Shown here: positions 20,322 through 32,518 of the stretch, in pieces | Layout: the number at the start of each line of letters is the position of its first letter | How positions within the stretch are numbered: position 1 is the first letter of the stretch | Source: Batkoa obscura | Lineage: Eukaryota | Length of the DNA stretch: 32,518 nucleotides | Assembly: GCA_030770535.1 (NCBI GenBank) | Contig: JASVEC010000200.1 | Span: 1 to 32,518, forward strand | Direction of reading: 5' to 3' | Program-made: the position numbers and the translations under genes | The notes under the pieces: generated by a model | Seen by the model: the letters and a program-made list of their open reading frames with translations, nothing else | Told to the model about the DNA's origin: nothing | Database searches by the model: none

Positions 20322-23256
20322 ATGTCAGACTGTAGCGAAGTAAATAGAATAATAAAATGAGGTCCAAATGGATAACTAACAATAAAAATAGTTTGATGAA
20401 ATACCTGAGATTGATGATGATGTAATTCGTTTTCAAGAAATAGTAATTTTTATTAATTTAATTAGGACTTGAAATTTCGACTTATTTCTAAAGATATTGG
20501 GAGTGAGTTGATATCCAAAAGCCCAAATTTAATTCCATATAGTCAATTATTATGCGTTTCTAATAAAAAAGGATATTATGTCTTTGGAATTAGAAAAAGT
20601 ATTTTCGATAGTAAAATATTATTTTTGCAAATTAACTACTTTCTATTTAGATCTATATATAGCGGATTGTTATACCATACAATATGGAATAAGGAATCAA
20701 ATGAAACTAAACAAGTTATTTAAGAAGATAAAGTTAGAGGGAATTAGTAAAATTGTAAGTGTTGCTTTAGGCTCTTTGGATACTCAGGTTATTGTTGGAA
20801 CTGAAGATAATCAAATATTGTTTTTTGATGCTAAGCAATTATTAAATGAAGTAAGTTTGTCATTATTGAACTATTAATCATCGTTTAGTTTCTTTTAGGA
20901 TAACAATAAGCCAATTGATAGTATTAAGTTAAATAATTCGAGCTTTATTCAATTAGTATTAAATAATCCAAAACAGTCTGAATATAACTTGGTCCTGTTG
21001 AAAAATAGGCAAATATTGTTATTCAATCAAAATGAAGAAATATGGAAGAAAGATGAGGTGTTTGCTGTAAATTGGACATATGATGGTACTCAGATTAGTA
21101 TTGGAAATCAAGATTGTAGTTTAGCCATTTATGATTTGAAAGGGAATCAATTAAAGACGATTAAACCACCTAATGTTATTGAAAGTGATTGGAAAGGTAA
21201 GGAGAATGATATTTTTATAAGATGAATCTTTACTGACTCGTTTATTAGTAAATAAAATAGAATGGCTAAATAAAGCGTTAGTACTTGCTATTTATTATAA
21301 TAAAATATACGAAGGTGATCAGCTAACGGATATTCAACAAAGTATTAGTATTATCAATATCCAAGATCAGGATAATCCTGTATATACTAATTTTGAAAAT
21401 TTATTCTTTACAACGATTAATGAGGAGGAAAAAGAGTATGAAGTTAAATTTGAAGTACAAAAGATTCAACACTATAATGAAAAGTATGGAATGATATTAG
21501 TATTAGGATTTAATTATTATACCGATATCAAATTAATAGGATGTCAAAATGAAGATAGTAAATTTTATTCATTAGAATTAGACGAAAATAATTGCATCAA
21601 TCTTCCAATGATGAAAGGTGAAGAACTAAAATTAGTTCAATTACAAATTGACTTTAATAATCATTATAAAATACCAAATTTATCTAATGATTTGGATGAT
21701 ACTAATGGTATGCCTATTGTTCTTGTATTGAATTCTTCAGGTCGCTTACAGAGTTATGATATGCTATCCAGTGAGTTTTGCTCTAACCCAGAATTGAAAT
21801 CAAAACTTATGCAACATTATAATGATAAAAGGAACCAACTTTTATTTGATTATGAAAAGTTTGAAAACAAAATTATTTCAATTGAAAGTATGAATACCCA
21901 TAGTGATGATGATGACAATGAAAGTGAGGAAGAAGAACAAGAAGTAATTGAAGAAAAAGTTAAAGAGGTAGGAGAAGAGACAATTGAAGAAGCAATTAAA
22001 GAGGTAAGCGATGAAGATCATGAAGAAGAAGAAATAGGAAGCGAAGAAATACAAAGAATGAAAATAGATGATTATTTTAATAAAGAGATTAAAAAAGGAA
22101 TCAAAGCAGTTCAACCTAATTTAGTTAAAAAAGAAGAAGGAGCATTTGTATTGGAAGAGGAAGTAAAAGATGATATAAACGACATTGAAGCTTATCTTAA
22201 ATCCAAAGGATTGGACTTATTTAATGGTAAATTAATATTTTATTATTTATTATTTACTTAATATAATTTAGATTTTGATTCGGAGTTCAATAAGAAGTTT
22301 ACATCTCCAGAGTTAGAAGATTCGAATGTAGTTATTTCATTCATTATTTTTAAATTTTTTAAATTTTATTTTATTTAGAAATTTAAAGAATACAGGGATT
22401 TTTTTATAAGGTTACAATTAGTAAGTATTAGTTTATCATTATATGGCCATCAATTAATAAAGATTTTATAGATTAAACATAGTTTTGGACAGCATAAGCA
22501 TGACTGGCAAAAGTACTACCAGTTAAATAGTAGAATTGATTATTTAGTTCATAAAATTGAAAAAATAGAGATTGAAACGGAACAAAATTATAGAGATAGT
22601 TTTGATTTAATTGAGTATATACTCCATGTAAAAAATGACATTATAAAAAGTAACTTTATTATTATTATATTGTACTACGTTAATTAAGTTTAATTTTAGT
22701 TAATAAGCAACTAACTTCAATTCAAACATTAATCTCTTCTTTAAATTCAAATAACACTACAACTTACTCTCACTCCTCCCCTGAATATCAATTTATTGTC
22801 ACTTCTGGCTGTTTGGTAAGTTATTATACTATATTATATTATAATAATTCATTAATAAGTTAATAGAAATTAAATAAAGAAATAGCAGAAGTACATCGTT
22901 CTATCACTAACTATTACACCAGCATAGAAAATAACAAGTTTAATAAAACAATTGAAAGAAGAGAACATACACACTCAGTTAAAGAAATATTATGGAATAT
23001 ATTAAAGGATGTTAGTGAACTTCAATATATGATGGATTTAATTAAAGACAACAATGATAAGTTGGATTTTCACCACATGGATAGCCCCTCTATTAGATCT
23101 TTTTTAAATGCTTTTATAGAGTTTAATTTTAATTCTATCGATTTGGCTAAGGTTACAGAGTTTGAAAATAAAAAAGAATGGGCTGGAAAGTTTAGGGATA
23201 AAGTCGAAAAGTTAAATAAGGATTCGGAGCTTCCAATTTGGGAGATTAATAATTAG
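20322..23256 (+). CDS. Nup159/Nup214-like protein (beta-propeller, acidic linker, helical/coiled-coil C-terminus), about 812 aa; exons 20322-20339, 20392-20421, 20466-20598, 20651-20850, 20899-21196, 21249-22226, 22272-22327, 22379-22420, 22472-22649, 22700-22815, 22867-23256
   Basis: The spliced N-terminus DEIPEIDDDDLKFRLI...SQLLCVSNKKGYYVFG resembles the NUP214 start (IPEREMKDFQFRAL...SSLLAVSNKYGLVFAG, recalled). AVNWTYDGTQISIG and PIVLVLNSSGRL match propeller motifs. Ten GT-AG introns give one open frame of 2439 nt. Confidence 0.75.
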
Positions 23257-23452
23257 AAGGTTGCACAGATTTTCATCCTTTTTTACTCCTTATACACTAA
23301 TAAAAATAAATTTAAACTGTTGTTTGTTTCTTCTATTGTGCTATAATAAGAACTAAGATTATTCAAAAATGCTATAAATTTTCGTTTAAATAACAGTAAT
23401 GAAAATTAAAAAGGCTAAATTTAATAATACAATTTAGATTTTATTTTTTTGC

Positions 23453-24178
23453 TTAAAACTCGGCTTGAAAATCTTTAGAAATTTCAATGATTGAACGATG
23501 CTGATGGTTATTCCCGCTACGCTTTGAAGGTAAAGTAGAATATTTACTATTCGAATCTCGGTAATGACGTGGAAAAATACCACTACGTAAGCTACCAAGC
23601 TCTTTAGCTAATTGTCGGGAAGACCAACCTTCAAACCCAATGGTAGGGTCTGGGGTATAACTGTAAGCTCTAAAGATATTATGCTGATTTGAGTTGTTAC
23701 TATTTGATGAGTGATGGTTTTGATTATATTTCTTTTTTACACTATCTGGTCTTGTGATGGATAATAACTCTGAAAGTACTAAGTTTTCTTCGTTATTAAA
23801 TTCATAATTGATCAAGTTGCTTTCCGATGCTCCTTCTTTTTCCTTGTCTTCTTCTATAGGCTCTTCATTATAACTATCATGATAACTCATCATATTTTCA
23901 CTATTTGTTTCAAAGATAATTGGTGGTGAAAACAACTTCCTTGGCGAGGGTGCTATAATATCATTGTCTTCGTTATTACTATTTAATTCAACACTATTCT
24001 TTTCCGAATATTGAAGGGAACGCTGTAATGCAAATGAACGAAGTAACGAAAGATCATTAGAATAATCTTTTGAACCGATATTGGAAGTAGAAGCAGGGCG
24101 AAGTGGGAGGGTGAAAGAGGGTAATTCATTGTCCAATTGAGAGCTAGTTGAAAAGGCTGGGTGAAGTAAAGTGGACAT
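23453..24178 (-). CDS. Hypothetical protein, 241 aa, likely disordered, intronless
   Basis: 726-nt ORF with an AAAATG start context and higher GC than its flanks; no domain recognised. Confidence 0.7.
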   Translation of the reverse strand: MSTLLHPAFSTSSQLDNELPSFTLPLRPASTSNIGSKDYSNDLSLLRSFALQRSLQYSEKNSVELNSNNEDNDIIAPSPRKLFSPPIIFETNSENMMSYHDSYNEEPIEEDKEKEGASESNLINYEFNNEENLVLSELLSITRPDSVKKKYNQNHHSSNSNNSNQHNIFRAYSYTPDPTIGFEGWSSRQLAKELGSLRSGIFPRHYRDSNSKYSTLPSKRSGNNHQHRSIIEISKDFQAEF

Positions 24179-25677
24179 TTTGTTTTAAGTTTAGATTGAA
24201 GCAGTTAATATTAGGTAAATACTGGTTAAAGTTGATTTTTAGAATTACAATTAATATTGTTTATACAAAAAATTGAGCGGATTTATACAGTTGATGAAAT
24301 GAGATGATATTTTCCTTAACCTGAGGTTGAATGTGATGAGTCTATTTTTAAACAAGGATTTTTTAATAGTTAGACACTAAGAGTACAGTATGATGGCAAA
24401 ATACAGATGGTATAAATTTTGATAAAAAGTGTTGGTGTTTTTAAACTTTTGAAAGGGAAGTAAGAGAACTAAAAGAAGGGTCTATTAAAATTAAAAAAAG
24501 ATTAAGTAATATAAAAGGAGAATCAAAAATTAGGGATTAAAAACTAAGAGGTACAGGGGCTGTGGTTCTCTTTAAGAACTTATTGGTTATTTAAAAAAAT
24601 AAAACTAACTTTCCGTTAAATAAAAGTTAAAAATAACAAAAGTTAAAAATAGAACGTGGACGTTGAAATACTTTTGTTGAAAAATAGAAATGGCTTCAAG
24701 GAGAAATATTGAATTTAAACTTGATAAACTTTTAAGCTAAATGGGATAAAATCAAATCCGTTAAAAAAATAAAGTTCACTTTTTTAAAAAAAATAGCTGA
24801 TTTAATAAGTAAAAGATGTTGCTTTTATACTTGAATCTTACATTACGCCTTAATATACCTAGTTTGCCCTTTTAACCAATCATTACCTCTTTTATGAAAC
24901 TTCCTGAAAATGTTGTGTTTAGATCAACCAATGATCTTCAATTTATTTTTCTATTAAATGCTTGTTTCACAAATTAATTTACTTTTGAAATAATATGATA
25001 TTTTGACATTTAAGTTCAACTAATATTATAAAATATATAATAATACCAATATTAATATGTCTAAAACATATAGCTTATAAGCAATTTATTAGTAGCTTGT
25101 ATGCTATCATCATAACATTATTTCATTTTTGCTTAGTAGTAATTGATTAAGTTAACCAGTTTTATTGCTAACATGCTTAAAATGATTAAATTTATAATTT
25201 GTCCTAACCTATCAAAAATGAATATTAAGAATAAATTTAAAACTCATAAAATACTGGTTATTTTTAGATTTTTACCACTAAAGATAAAAAATTTGGACAG
25301 TAAGCCCGGTTAAAATAATAAGATATAATAATTAAAATAATTATTTGTAATAGTACGATGTTATTTTGTTATGTTAATAGTTATCTCATAATATGTAATT
25401 TTTAAACTACTATAAAAACTTAGTAAAAAATTGAGTAAATGCCTAGTAAAACAAAACTATTTAAAGCAAATATTACTAACCACGTTTTATTTATGTAGTT
25501 ATTTATAACTTATACCACTTGGATACTTTTTCTATTTATTATATAGGTTAATTTTTCTATACCCTTTTATGATATTTTACTTTTATAATTAATTTCATTT
25601 TAAAAAACTAGAAATTATTAAATTTTTCTGATTATCAATCGAGTCTTAATTTATAAAAAAACTAGTTTTACCTTTGA

Positions 25678-26022
25678 TGTTATCAAACCCCTAGCAAATA
25701 AACCCTATTTTAAATGGCAGTCTATATCAGTTTATGTTACTATTTTTAATAAAATCAAATTAAATCTATGAATAGGAATACATAATCAAATCCAGTGATA
25801 AGATTCAATTTATCTATACCTTGAATAGAAAATTGCCAAGATTAACGTCATCTGAGCTATAAGCAGGTTGAGTTCTAACTCTAAAGAAGTTCATGTTCCT
25901 CCTAAATGACCTTTGAGGCTATATAAATCGTTATCTCTCTTTAACTTAATAGAATATTCGCCCTTCTGGGTCTAAGATTTTCAAAAGAATAATTAAATTT
26001 ATGTACATTATTAACTATAACA
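25678..26022 (+). mobile_element. Possible second solo-LTR relic
   Basis: TGTTAT...ATAACA ends, internal TATATAAA (~25920) and elevated GC. Single copy, no TSD. Confidence 0.25.
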
Positions 26023-26143
26023 ATAAAAATTATTAAATAAAACACTTAAAGCACAGAAAAAATCCGTAATTAAAAACAATTATTTAATTTAATTTTTTAA
26101 TTTTATATTCTCGTTTATACTTTAAAACTACCATCCCCTAAAC

Positions 26144-27710
26144 TTAGAAACGATTTTGACTCATATTACCACGTAAACGAGTGTAATCAGTCAAACATTC
26201 AACTGGACCATGACCAACAACGGCAACTTCACGATCCCAGAGATATTCACTAGCAACTCTGCGAACATCATCAGCAGTAAGTTTATCGATCTTAGAAGCA
26301 ACTTCGCTTGGTTCGATACGAGATCCAGTAGTGATGATTTGACGAGCCATATCCTCGAAGGCTGGAGTGGTTCCATCTAATGAGAATAAAAGACCGGCTT
26401 TAAGTTGTTGTTTAGCACGGGCTACTTCACCATCAGTGACAGTGGTAGTTAAACGATTCCATTCATTGAGGGTGAAATGGACCAAATCATCAAGTTGTTT
26501 CTTGTTCTCTGAAATAAGATAGATGCCCCAAAGACCAGTATCTGAGTAAGAAGTATTGAAAGACATAAATGAGTTAGCAAGCTTATTCTTGGATACAATT
26601 TGGGAAAGGCGAGATGACAAAAAGTTAGATGATCCTAAACTACGATCCCAGTTTCCAATGAGAGAGCTCATTAAAAGCATGGTGAAATAATCTGGGGATC
26701 CCCAGCTTACACCTTCAACAGCAAGAGCAATGTGGGCAGCTTGTTGATCATCATGACGGATACGGACTTCAGATCCTGAGAAATGAGGTTTAGTTTTGAT
26801 AGCTGAGAGACCGGCTGGAGAATTAGCAGCTGGCATATTTGAAAAATGTTTGCTAGCAAGTTCAACTAATTCTTCATGAGCTACTGAGCCAGCACCAGCA
26901 AGGATGACACGTTCTGGCGAATAATTTTCACCAATATAAGCTTTGAGGTCTTGAGCTGAAATAGAGTTAATATTTTCCTTTGGTCCAAGGATGGTACGTC
27001 CAAGAGAGTGGCCTTGGAAAGCAGTTGCGTGAAGGTGATCAAATACAACTTCTTCAATATTTTTTTCAACTTCGATTTGTTCAGTGAGGATAACATCACG
27101 TTCTCTTTCAATAGCCTTTGGATCAAAAGTTGATTTTTGTAAAATGTCACTAAGAATATCTACTGAGTTAGAAACATCCTTTTTGTGGCACTTAGCATAA
27201 TATACAGTTTGTTCGCGGGAAGTGTAAGCATTTAAGTGACCACCCATATTTTCAATAGCTAATTCGATATCTAATTGACTACGAGTTTTGGTACCCTACG
27301 GTACATTTTCTTTAAAAAAGATTAAAAAATAAATGAAAATGAATTACTTTAAATGCCATATGTTCGAGGAAGTGAGCTGTACCATTATTTTTTTCGTTTT
27401 CAGCACGGCTACCAGCATCAATCATGACACCAACAGTAGCAGTTTGAGAGTTTGGATGAGTTTCAGTGGCAACTGTAAGTCCATTAGGAAGAACAGTGAC
27501 TTTAGTTCCTGGAGCTGAAGAAGCTGAACTGTGGGATGCAAGTCCAGCACGTACTAATTTTGCTGGAATTAAAGCCTTTATAATTTTGTTAATATTGGAT
27601 ACATTAAATTGAATCATTATAATTCATAAATCATAATAAAAGATTGAAACAAAGAGTACCTTATTAAGCGTTGATTTAAGGGCTGAGTTTGAAACTAAAC
27701 GGAAAGCCAT
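26144..27710 (-). CDS. MAS1: Mitochondrial processing peptidase beta subunit / complex III core protein 1 (M16B); exons 27710-27660, 27575-27348, 27295-26144; about 476 aa
   Basis: Presequence [51 protein letters not shown] (intact HxxEH), [13 protein letters not shown] and [11 protein letters not shown]. Confidence 0.95.
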
Positions 27711-27887
27711 AGTAATAAAAATCTATTGTTTATAATTTGGGTTTAGTGATATTGAATTTTAAGTTAGGTTAAAAAATTACTGAATCTAAAAGGAAAACCT
27801 AAAGAAATGATTAAATCTTGATCAAGATATAGATTAGACAAACTGTAAAATCTTCGATATTTGTAAAATCCCATAATTACTGCTTAT

Positions 27888-27899
27888 GATTGGCCAATC
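27888..27899. promoter_or_regulatory. Palindromic double CCAAT box upstream of MPP-beta
   Basis: GATTGGCCAATC, ~180 bp upstream of the ATG; another CCAATCA near 27957. Confidence 0.45.
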
Positions 27900-28348
27900 C
27901 TATCTCCTAGCTCATTTCTACTTTGCTTAAAATTTATGATTATCTTTCGAGTTCATCCAATCAAAATTCAAGATGCTATTTAATCAAAACCAAAATCATA
28001 GTGATACAAAATCATAGTGCTTTAAAGCGAATAGTTTAATAATATACTTTAAATGTAGTATAAAATAAAAACAAGGGTATAATAATATTTGAATTATTTA
28101 TATTACATGAATTAAAGCTATATTTTACAAGATTTACAGAAACTTTAGAATAAAACATAAAACCAATTAGATATGATGCAAAATATTTAATAGTTATTTA
28201 ATTTCTAAGGAGAAGTAGGTTATTTTTATTCCTTAATTAGCTATCATGATAAGTTAAAACAAATTTAATAACATTTTAATATTAGCAATTTAGAAGTCTA
28301 TTACTAAAACTGACTGAATCTACATCGTATAAATACATCCCAGTTAGT

Positions 28349-29655
28349 TTACTGTTGTGCACATTGGACACCTGGACCTTGATGCATACCTTCTCCTTCC
28401 TCATCAATGCCTTCGTCAGCTCCTTCTGAACGTGATTTTTGTGTTGGATCTACATTAGTTAACATAACTTCTTCAGCTGAGCTATCATGGGCTGGGGAAT
28501 TCTTTGGTGGGAGCAATTTTTCAAGCTGAGCAAGGTGCTCAGGTGTAGCCCATCCATTTTCAGGGAACTCAACATCGAAAGTGATGTAAAGATTACCATG
28601 TACATGATGACGGCGAGAAGGCATACCTTCACCTTCGATAGATTTGATTTCTCCTAATCACAATTAACAAAAACAAAAATTAAATCGCTAAAATAAACTT
28701 ACCATGTTTTATAGTTTCACCTGGGAGAATTGAAACTTCAAGTTTACGACCATCTAAATGTGTAATATGGAAAATACCACCAGTAAGGGCAGCATTAAGA
28801 GAAATTTTTTTGTTCATAAAAAGATCATCTTTGCTTCTCTTGAAGATAGCATGTGGTTTTTCTTCAAGGATAATCTCAACATCCCCTGGAATAGTTCCGG
28901 GTAAATGATTACCTTTACCTTCGAATTTAATAGTTTCTTGGTCCTTCATACCTTTATCGATATTGACCTCAACAATTTCACGATCATTGACAACTTTTCC
29001 TCCTCTGCAGTCAGTACAACGATCTTTATCATTTATTAATTCTCCTTCACCTCGGCAATCAGTACATTGTTGTTGGAATTGTTGAATCATTGGTCCCATT
29101 TGACGAGTAATTAATCTAATACCTTGACCATGGCAGGCGCTACAAGTTTTAACTGATCCTTCTTTACCACCACGTCCGTTACACCCTTTACATAATACTT
29201 GTTTAGAAATAGCAATTTTAGATACTTTGCCTTTATACAAATCTTCTAAAGAAATATTCATAGTATGATGAATAGGCTTGCATTTACGTGGTCCACTTGG
29301 TTGACGACGTTGTTGGCCTCCAAACATACCACCTCCGCCAAATAATTGGGAGAAAAGGTCTTCGGCAGACATACCATTACCACCATCGCCATTAAGACCT
29401 TCTTCACCATATCTATCATAAACCTCACGTTTTTGTGGGTCAGATAAGACTTCATAAGCATGAGAAATTTCCTTGAATCTTTCACCTTCGTTAGGGTTCT
29501 AAACAAATGAATATAATTCATTACTAATTTAATTAAAGATTTACCTTATCTGGATGGTACTTAAGAGCTAATTTACGATAGGCTTTTTTAAGCTCAGAAT
29601 CGCTACTTTCAGGGTTTACGCCGAGTAAATCGTATAATTTAGTATCCTTTACCAT
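28349..29655 (-). CDS. YDJ1: Type I Hsp40 co-chaperone; exons 29655-29545, 29498-28703, 28653-28349; about 403 aa
   Basis: [13 protein letters not shown]...KYHPDK|NP J-domain, G/F region, four CxxCxGxG-type zinc motifs and a C-terminal CaaX (CAQQ). Confidence 0.97.
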
Positions 29656-29974
29656 GTTGAATAAGTTGAATTCGCAATAGACAAATGTAAATTAAATAAA
29701 ACTAACAAAAGCTAAACTTTTATGTTTTTTGAACTGACCAATTAAATTTCTAATCTCAATCACCCCAAATTTCATTAGTTTTTATATCCAATCAATTTCG
29801 AGTTGATAAATTGGAACCCAAATTATCGATTTTTTTTCAAACTTTAATAATTTTAAGCTTAAGAGCTCCCTCTTAATTTGCTTGAATGTTGGTCAAAATT
29901 TACAAATTTGCAATTTCATTTGTTAACAAAACCTATATTTGGAAAGTACGCATTTATCGGTATCCAACTCAATT

Positions 29975-29999
29975 ATTCTAGTAAGTTCTATCACTTTCA
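29975..29999. promoter_or_regulatory. Candidate heat-shock element upstream of YDJ1
   Basis: TTC at 29976, 29986 and 29996 (10-bp phase) with GTA at the first GAA position. Confidence 0.45.
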
Positions 30000-30275
30000 A
30001 CCATTATTCCTCAATTAGTTTTATATTACTAAGTTTTCTGTTGAAAAAAAGCGGATCTATTATTAGTAATGACTTTAGTAAACATTTATAACATTAAATA
30101 ACAATGTTTCAACATAATTTTTTAGTCCCTTAAAAATTAACTATACAAAATGTTTATTTAAATATAAAATTAATTTTGAAACAAACATTAGATAAACTAG
30201 TTTAATTTCAGATAATAGTAAAAATTAAACCTCTGCCCATAAAATCAGGGATACTATTAAATCTTATTTTTCAAT

Positions 30276-31190
30276 TCAAATTTCTAGAGTTTTAATTTTT
30301 ATGAATCGAAAATCAATTGATAAGAAACCGGTATTAATATTATATTGAATATTACAATGTCCCAATTTCCAAATATAATTAACTCTGAAGGCATTTAATG
30401 TACAATGGAAGTTTTTAATATTTTTTTTAATGTATTCAAGCGTTTCTTTTCCACTTATTTTTGTACAACTATTCATGAGAAGATTTTTATTGTACCTGAT
30501 TAACGTTTGTAAACTCTGAAACTATGGCTAAAAGTATAAGCTTACTCTTTAAACTAAGCTATAAATGTTAGATAGACTAGCACACCTTTTTAATAAAGCG
30601 ATTTTTTAACTTGATATGTATTTGTTTCATAGAAAAGGCAAAATATATTACCTATTGAGAAAATATAAACTGTTATAAAATAAATTTTGGTAAGCATTTT
30701 GAAGTTGTACAAGTATTCTAACATCACTTCCGCCATTGAATCAATAAGTCATAAAGTAATCCTACTAAAGCTACGAGGTATATTTGAAAAATTTATACTA
30801 TATAAATACTATGTCTATTATAGCTATAGTACTAAAAATCGAGCTTGTTTTAGCCTTAGTTATTTCAAATGTACAAAGTCAAGAATTTTTAATTTGGTAA
30901 AACAGCATTATGATATAATTACTCTTTTAGATAAGAAAGTTAAAAAGTTGGTAATTTTTACGCACTCCTCATGATTTATGATTAAAATACTTATTTGAGA
31001 TTCAAATTAATCCTTTATAACATATTTCCTTTGAGCTAATTTAGCACCAAGGTAATATTAAATTTACGCCAAAGTATTCGATATTATAAATTTGTTTGAT
31101 TTATTTTACAAAATTCCTCTTGCATTTATTTAATCTAGATTCTTTTTTTAGAAACACGTCTGGAACAACATATTTGGTATAAAATTTTAA
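30276..31190 (-). pseudogene. Possible second decayed F-box/LRR-like gene
   Basis: Minus-strand fragments YVVPDVFLKK, LPN*KFLTLYI and FIKIKTLEI with multiple stops. Boundaries are approximate. Confidence 0.25.
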
Positions 31191-31742
31191 ACTGAATTTT
31201 ATTATTCTATTTAATTTTATTAAAAATACATTTAGAACATTTTATTAAAAAACACTAAATGTATTAAAAGTACGCTTCATTTATTTATAGCCTAAAATAA
31301 TTCAAAATTAACAGGAATTGCTATGTATGATATAGTATATTTTCTAAAGTAAGGCTGTTAAGCCTACATTAATAAAAATAGTGTAATATCAAGCATTAAA
31401 AATCAATTGATAAAGCTGAAATTTTAATTCGGTTTAAATTAAAAAATGAGGGAATTGAACTTATTAAGGCTTTAAAGAGGTGATAAAAATGATAGAAATT
31501 TATTCAATCATTTTTTGTAAATAAACAAGGGTATTGGACTGCTTATACTTAAAACCAATAATGAGCAGCTTTTTCATGAATTTATATGTCATTAATCAGT
31601 TAATTACAGAGTATTACTTATGACACAATTTAGAACAACATAAAAAAGAATAGAATTATTTAAGAGTGTATAATAACAAAACATATAAAATAAACGAAAA
31701 TTCATTCCATAAATTCAATTTTAAAATAAAAATAAAAATAAA

Positions 31743-32153
31743 ATGATGCTAGAAAATGGATTAAAGAGAATGAATCTAAGCTGGAGACATAAAATCGAAA
31801 CAAAAGGAGAAGAAGAATGGATAAAACGACCAAAAAAAGAAATGAATGTTAATTCTAATACTACCTCCAGATTATTAAAAAAACAACCTCAAGTTTGTCT
31901 AGCAACCACATCAATATGCAGTGAGAAAGCAAAAGAATATAAACCTTTAAATAAATCTTCATCTATCAACTGTCTAAAAGCATTAGCATTAGCACCGAAA
32001 TCAAAATTACCTATTACCATCTCTTGGCGTGAAGAGATCATTAACCTAAGACATAGCTTTTCATTAAATTATTTATTAAAACAAGAAGAAATTATTGTTG
32101 ATTTATGTCCTATTGAAGACGATATGTTCATCTCGGAAAGAGATTCCTTATAG
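31743..32153 (+). CDS. Hypothetical protein, 136 aa, basic, intronless
   Basis: 411-nt ORF with an A-rich start context and coding-like composition; no domain recognised. Confidence 0.6.
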   Translation: MMLENGLKRMNLSWRHKIETKGEEEWIKRPKKEMNVNSNTTSRLLKKQPQVCLATTSICSEKAKEYKPLNKSSSINCLKALALAPKSKLPITISWREEIINLRHSFSLNYLLKQEEIIVDLCPIEDDMFISERDSL

Positions 32154-32518
32154 CTGTGCTAAAGTTCCTTGTTTTTATTTATTCAACTAATCATTAAATT
32201 TCTTTCACCATAATAAAATTTAAAAATCAAATGTAATTATGACATTTTATAATAAAATTCAGGGTATTTTTTGAGAATTGTTATTCTCTATATTATATTT
32301 TTTGAGTTACCAATGTTACTGTAATAATTTTATAAATTATTAAGATTATTAAATACCACCGTTTATTAATAATATTTCATTTATTATTTATAAGTATTGT
32401 TATTCAAGCTATATCTAAAAATAAAACAAATGGTTTGTTGACAAATTATTATAATAATTATTATTTAATAAGATGATTTTTTATTCAAATAAGGGTATTA
32501 ATTTTAAATCAGTTTTTA

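Noticed and set aside
26191..29521. Alternative-frame or antisense ORFs within MPP-beta and YDJ1 (26191-26376, 26881-27150, 27333-27518, 29258-29521)
   Set aside because: They overlap conserved genes, are short and have no motifs; codon bias explains them.
9323..29655. Functional gene cluster (ClpX, MPP-beta and YDJ1 all relate to mitochondrial import or proteostasis)
   Set aside because: Unrelated housekeeping genes are interspersed and no shared regulatory motif was seen. The MAS1-YDJ1 adjacency could be chance without synteny data.

Overview
Very AT-rich eukaryotic DNA with many short GT-AG introns (about 45-100 nt). This fits an early-diverging fungus, possibly Entomophthoromycotina-like (inference only). 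It is not prokaryotic: I saw no operons, CRISPR arrays or RNA genes. Recognisable genes are eIF2-alpha (7 exons, -), TAF6 (9 exons, +), mitochondrial ClpX (10 exons, -), polyprenol reductase DFG10/SRD5A3 (-), a Nup159/Nup214-like nucleoporin (11 exons, +), MPP-beta/Core1 (3 exons, -) and the type I Hsp40 YDJ1 (3 exons, -). There is also the 3' end of an upstream gene and four intronless hypothetical ORFs. Two gene-poor islands (~2.4-8.2 kb and ~16.7-20.3 kb) hold many small non-autonomous mobile elements. The main one is a ~98-bp MITE family with 11 copies, GGGGATGT termini and 4-bp AWWT target-site duplications (Sola1-like), showing strong CpG decay. The islands also contain a TTAA-flanked piggyBac-type MITE, TA-flanked TIR elements, two inverted copies of a ~430-460-bp solo-LTR-like repeat and a decayed F-box/LRR-like gene. 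The most notable observations are the MITE family and a Nup159/Nup214 homologue that appears to lack an FG-repeat domain. I found no convincing wholly new multi-gene system.
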